A stretch of DNA of 62,803 nucleotides, counting the filler, from Guillardia theta CCMP2712 (Eukaryota > Protista > Cryptophyta): the NCBI RefSeq assembly GCF_000315625.1. It is 4 parts of 4 records of this genome, joined end to end, with 100 filler letters (N's around TTAATTAATTAA, not from the genome) between each part and the next. Parts side by side here need not be neighbours in the genome. Positions count along the whole stretch, not along the records: positions 57,379 to 62,803 come from NW_005434194.1; 3 more parts are not named here. One strand, written 5' to 3'. The notes beneath the pieces were generated by a model. The model did not search any database. It saw nothing but the letters and a program-made list of their open reading frames with translations, and was not told where the DNA came from. This document shows, piece after piece, positions 57,909-62,803 of this stretch. Numbering within the stretch: the first letter of the stretch is position 1; each line of letters opens with the position of its first letter. Made by a program: the position numbers and the translations under genes.

Positions 57909-59919
57909 TCAGTCAAAAAGGTCCCTTTGGACAGTACTCGCGGCGCTACATTCCGACTCTTGACTCGAAGTGGGAGATGCGCTAGTATTCGATCCACACT
58001 GACGCCCAGCCGCATACTGTAACGCCTCCGGACTGTTTTCTGGACTCATCGCGGCACCTTGGACAGGATTACCGCAAGACAGAATCTCAGGGCCATCAGG
58101 TCCCATGACATATTGCTCTTTCGGGTCGTATTCTTCGCCAAACGCGTTTCGCAAGCATTGTGAACAATCGAATGCCATCCCTTCCTCCAGGCCGCCGTAA
58201 CAAGACATAAGCAGCAGACTTGATTTCCCATTTGGCAAATCTCCGTAAAAATAATTCGTCATTGCGTTCATGGATCGGAGCGAAAGAAGAAGAGGGTGTG
58301 GTGCCGTGTGAAGCTCTATATGTTGCTCTTCCTGACTGTCTCCTTTGAACGTGATCACGCGAAAACATGGCAGTGCCGCCGCCACTGGCTGCCCAGTTTC
58401 AGACTTAAGTCCCTCGAAAGCCTTGACTTTCTTCTCCTTTGTCAACTTATCCCTGAGCTTATCGCACCCTGAGACTTTTTTGGAAAGGAAACGCCTGGAG
58501 TCTTGGTTCCAGAATCTGTTTTCTTGCAGCAGCGTTTCCAGACTTTTGGGAGCTTCGCACTGAATCAAACAAACGTCCTTGTAAAGAATTTGAATGTGCT
58601 GTAGGGCCTGATGTAGCACCTCCCTGTCATCTAGAACATGTCATTGGTACGGTCAACACATTCAATGCTACAGTACCTTGATACAAGGTGGGAAGCAAAT
58701 ACTTCTGCTTCATCGGACGGCAGATTTCCTTGACGAGAGACTCTTCGTCCAAATGATGTTGTTCGTACTCTGAGTTCTTCAGAACAGCTTCAGTATCAAG
58801 TTGAAAGAAAGTTTCTTTGTAGACGTTTTTGTCAACACCGATCAAAATCGCTTTGTACCCTTCGCCTTTCCACTCGAATTGCTGCTGAGGAGATAGGAGT
58901 GGAAGCAACATCAGAGCTGCTTTGCTGTCCAAATGTTCGCGTTGGCCACCAAGGAAGATAAAGTTGAAAGGAAGGTCCGCAATGCCTGGTATGTGGTTGT
59001 TGTCCTCATCATAACACCCAAACAAAACCTTCTTAGCGACGTCATCCGACCGCAAGCCCTCTGGAAGAGCATTCTGCACAATAATCCCCCAGTCGATTCG
59101 ACATGCAGCACTGTTTGGGACCAAGTGCGATCGCTCTACCAAGCCTGAGTTAACTTTACAGCCCTCCAGGTCAAAAGCTTTCTCCCTGTCATGTCCCTTC
59201 TTGCAATCTTTATCGGCGGGTAAGTTCTGCGCGGCCTGAAGAAAAGCCAGACAAACGTTTTGCCGAAATACTGCAGGAGCCTTTGGAAGCTGGAGAAAGG
59301 TAGAGCAAAGGTCGTCAAAGTAACCAAATCGTAGATTGCACGCTATTTGTTTCGTGAGCTCAGATACGTTTAAGGCTCGAGTCTTGTCGTCGTACTCTTG
59401 TTTCTCGCGCCTTAAAGTAGTGTTATCTTGCTCTAAAGCTCGAGTCTTCTCGTCGTACTCCTGTTTCTCGCGCCTTAAAGTAGTGTTATCTTGCTCTAAA
59501 GCTCGAGTCTTCTCGTCGTACTCTTCTCTCAAGGCTCGAGTCTTCTCGTCGTACTCTTCTTTTAAGGCTCGAATCTTCTCGTCGTACTCTAAAGCTCGAA
59601 TCTTGTCGTCGTACTCCTGTTTCTCGCGCCTTAAGTAGTGTTATCTTGCTCTAAAGCTCGAATCTGTCGTCGTACTCTTCTCTCAAGGCTCGAATCTTCT
59701 CGTCGTACTCTTCTTTTAAGGCTCGAATCTGTCGTCGTACTCTTCTCTCAAGGCTCGAATCTTGTCGTCGTACTCTTGTTTCTCGCGCCTTAAAGTAGTG
59801 TTATCTTGCTCTAAAGCTCGAGTCTTGTCGTCCAAGGCTTGAAACCTCTTGTCGTTATCTAGCCTCAGAGCTTCCAGCTGTCTGCCTAGAGCCTCCAGCG
59901 CTCCCTCCGACGCTGCCAT
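57909..59919 (-). CDS. Coiled-coil tandem-repeat N-terminus plus HNH-like endonuclease domain protein (frameshifts in the repeat region; possibly a pseudogene)
   Basis: MAASEGALEALGRQLEALR, then repeats of EYDEKTRALEQDNTTLRREKQ. VERSHLVPNSAAC...FNFIFLGGQREHLDSKAALMLLPL resembles the HNH_2 pattern (xHIxP...N.L.L...FD...I.P). A short intron ~58625-58677 precedes HTAPHPLLLSLRSMN. Three single-base deletions at ~59633, 59663 and 59728. Confidence 0.55.
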
Positions 59920-60050
59920 GAGCAAGTTTGTGGACCAGGATGCTGCCAGGGGTACCTCATCAGAGATTTGGGGGTAGGGGGTAGAAAAAAGGCGGGAAAA
60001 TATCCGTTGACTCCTCATAACGGAAGCTTTGCTGCCGCCGGTAGCCTTTC

Positions 60051-60077
60051 TTTTAAGTTAAAAATCACAGGACAATC
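60051..60077 (-). repeat. Partial copy 4 of the dispersed motif
   Basis: Reverse complement GATTGTCCTGTGATTTTTAACTTAAAA; it abuts the broken end of the Cys-rich gene and lies ~130 bp upstream of the HNH gene ATG. Confidence 0.6.
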
Positions 60078-60830
60078 GGTAATGTTCAGAGCAGGGCATG
60101 CAGTTGAAGGAAGCGATATATTTCTTGTACTTTCCGGCAGCGCACGGGACGCATCCATTGGAACCATCGAAGTTGGTGTAGCCAGCTACGCACTGGCAGT
60201 CTAAGAGCCAGCAGCGGAAGCGGTGAAGGCGGGACAGCGATTGCAGGCCTTGTCCAAAGCGTATGCTTCAGAATAGGACAGGGAGCGCAGACGTCGCCAA
60301 GGTTGCTCTTGATCGTTGCAGGCCCACAGGTACGCGGATTGCCAGGCCCGAGAAGTCTGCGTCCATCTTATCGGGCTGACCAGCATCGTAGATATACGTC
60401 TTTGTAGTATCCAACAGGGCAAAGGCAAAGCTCCAGATCCGTCACACCTTCAAAGGAATGCAGGCCGGCAGGGCAGAGCAGGGGAGATGCGCTGTAGCAC
60501 GGCATGCAGTAGCCGTCATCGGGCAGAAGGTAGGAGCCCGTACCGCACTGACAGTCGGTGATCTTTGTCGAGCCCATCGCGCTGTAAGATCCGACGGGGC
60601 ATTTCTGGCAGCTTCCGGCGCCCCTTTCGGACTTGTAAGTGTTAAAAGGGCAGGGAGCGTAGCCGTTGGTCGTCAGAAGGTAATCCGGGCAAGGCACGCA
60701 TGTTCCATTGGCCGCCGCGCGCCGTACTGTAGAATCCAGAGCCGCAGACGCAGTCGCTGAACGAAGTGCTGCCGGAATAGTAGGTGGAATACGGCGCTGG
60801 GCAGGATTCACAGCCGTAATTTCCGATCAC
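60078..60830 (-). pseudogene. Cysteine-rich repeat (GCC2/GCC3, ephrin-receptor-like) surface protein fragment
   Basis: CESCPAPYST...DCVCGSGFY / CVPCP...CPFNTYKSERGAGSCQKCPVGSYS...DCQCGTGSY...CQCVAGY...CVPCAAGKYK, spread over several frames. Confidence 0.65.
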
Positions 60831-61805
60831 GCTCTCGCTCGATGGGAGGCTGCAGCAAGGGGAGGAGAACGCTTCCAACGCTTCCCGTGAAACCGTTTGG
60901 GATGCTTCTTGCATGCTCTGACGCCCATTCAGATGTCTTGAGCCAGTGGGATTACGGGGAGGTTCAATGTAGGAATTCAAGCCTAGACGGGAGACTGACG
61001 GGAGAGCAAGCTAGTACGAGGCGAGCGGAGACTCTGTGGAGGACAGAGGCGGGAAGTAGCTCGTAGGTTTGTAAAACTTCAAGGTTGCCTTCCCTCTTCT
61101 TTCCTGGCGTGTCAAGTTGTCACATTCACTGTACGGTATTATTGCGGACCTGGCTGGTACGGTGATCACAGTCATGGAGTGAAAAGACATACCGTGATCT
61201 GATCGGACTCGGAGGGTTTGCTTCGCCGAGGCCGTTGACTCGTCACAGGCCGTCGGGCTCGGTTGTCATGATTCTGCCTGCCGCGTGCGTTCACAGGTAG
61301 CTGACGGACGATGGAACGAATGAGACTTGTGTTGAAGTTCAGGATCATTGAGTTTACTCGTTTACATTCAGGTTATCTACATATGATAAATGCCGTGACT
61401 TAATACAATTCCTTTCTCAAATCTCAAAGTCTAGAACCAAGTCGCTCCAGAGGGAAAGACGAAAGGAGGAAAATGATGCTGTAGACGAGAATGTGTGTCA
61501 GAGAAGAGCATGAATGCAAAGAAGCAAGAGAGAAGGTTCCTTGTCTGCTGGCAAGGTACGAGTTGAGGCTGGGCCCAAGCCATGTGAAAGAGTGTGATGC
61601 GAGGAGACTATGATGAGAAGAATGTTGCAGTCAGTCTTGCAGTGCAGAAGTTGGTGAAGCCGCCAAGGAGCATGAACTAGGATTCACAGAGCAGTCTTAG
61701 TGGGATCCTTCGCTGTCTTGTGCTAGTGACTGCATCCTGGGGATTTCTGACGGCACTGTCACGACCTCTCGGAGGCTTCAGAGCCTGACCTTGCTCCTGC
61801 TACAG

Positions 61806-61977
61806 GTCTTCCCTCGACCCTTCGAGCCCGTCCTAGGGGAGTACAAGAGCTTCGACGCGAGCGTCATGAAGTTGCACCACCAGTGGGCTAGAGCAGCATG
61901 CATCGATTTCTTCGCAGTCTCCTGGGGAGGGGACGGGACGCGGGCGCCAAACAAGCAGGGAAGTGTGGATGGGCAAT
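61806..61977 (+). CDS. Exon of a glycoside hydrolase family 99/71-like (endo-alpha-mannosidase-like) protein, partial
   Basis: AG/GT-bounded exon VFPRPFEPVLGEYKSFDASVMKLHHQWARAACIDFFAVSWGG, matching the GH99-like P.LG.Y.S.D..V...H..WA..AGID.F.VSW pattern. Confidence 0.6.
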
Positions 61978-62007
61978 GTAAGCTAGTGGACAGCGAGGGC
62001 AAGCAGG

Positions 62008-62803
62008 AAGAGAAGAGATGAGAAGAGAAGAGAAGAGAAGAGATGAGATGAGATGATATGAGAAGAGAAGAGAAGAGAAGAGAAGAGAAGAGATGACAAG
62101 AGAAGAGATGAGATCAGATGAGATGAGAAGAGAAGAGAAGAGAAGAGAAGAGAAGAGAAGAGATGAGAAGAGAAGAGATGAGAGATGAGATGAGAAGAGA
62201 AGAGAAGAGAAGAGAAGAGTGGAGATGAGATGAGAAGAGAAGAGATGTGATGAGATGAGAAGAGAAGAGAAGAGAAGAGATGAGAAGAGAAGAGATAAGA
62301 TGACAAGAGAAGAGAAGAAAAGAGATGAGAAGAGAAGAGATGAGATCAGATGAGATGAGAAGAGATGAGAAGAGAAGAGAAGAGAAGAGAAGAGATGAGA
62401 TGAGAAGAGAAGAGATGAGATGAGATGAGAAGAGAAGAGAAGAGAAGAGAAGAGATGAGATGAGATGAGAAGTGAAGAGATGTGATGAGATGAGAAGAGA
62501 AGAGAAGAGAAGAGATGAGAAGAGAAGAGAAAAAGATGACAAGAGAAGAGAAGAGAAGAGAAGAGAAGAGAAGAGATGAGATGAGAAGAGGAGAGAAGAG
62601 ATGAGAAGAGAAGAGATGACAAGAGAAGAGAAGAGAAAAGATGACAAGAGAAGAGAAGAGAAGAGAAGAGATGAGAAGAGAAGAGAAGAGATGAAAAGAG
62701 AAGAGATGACAAGAGATGAGATAAGATGAGAAGAGGAGAGAAGAGATGAGAAGAGAAGAGAAGAGACGAGAAGAGAAAAGATGACAAGAGAAGAGAAGAG
62801 AAG
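62008..62803. repeat. (AGAAG)n/(AGATG)n microsatellite, probably intronic
   Basis: Directly visible to the end of the window. Confidence 0.95.

Overview
Eukaryotic, intron-rich, microsatellite-laden genomic DNA. The style (very short introns, (GAGGA)n/(CAG)n/(ATCTC)n tracts, a signal-peptide starch-binding protein) suggests a cryptophyte-type alga, but that is inference. Several contigs are joined by artificial N-TTAATTAATTAA-N spacers (about 25683, 55067, 57323), so adjacency across those points is meaningless. Recognisable genes, all assigned by eye from motifs with no database search: 3' end of GRWD1/RRB1; a small PDZ protein; a kinesin-3 that splices on into PDZ, DEP and DUF547 domains; a decayed ADP-ribosyltransferase-ankyrin gene; a long coiled-coil gene; an RNase II/RNB exonuclease with an NZF/RanBP2 zinc finger inside the catalytic domain; TRAPPC9; a Ty3/gypsy remnant; an LRR-membrane gene; proteasome beta-4 (PSMB2); a UPF0652/DUF2009 B-box gene; a CBM20 protein; an HNH-like gene; a Cys-rich repeat pseudogene; and a GH99-like exon. 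The highlight is a roughly 10.5-kb gene (about 29.5-40.1 kb). It encodes a GREB1-like circularly permuted SF2 helicase with intact motifs, fused to a TET/JBP-associated (base-J-type) glycosyltransferase and apparently ending in a RAMA modified-DNA-reader domain. This is a candidate single-polypeptide DNA base-glycosylation machine. A recurrent ~37-bp motif and GC-rich islands at divergent gene starts are also unexplained.
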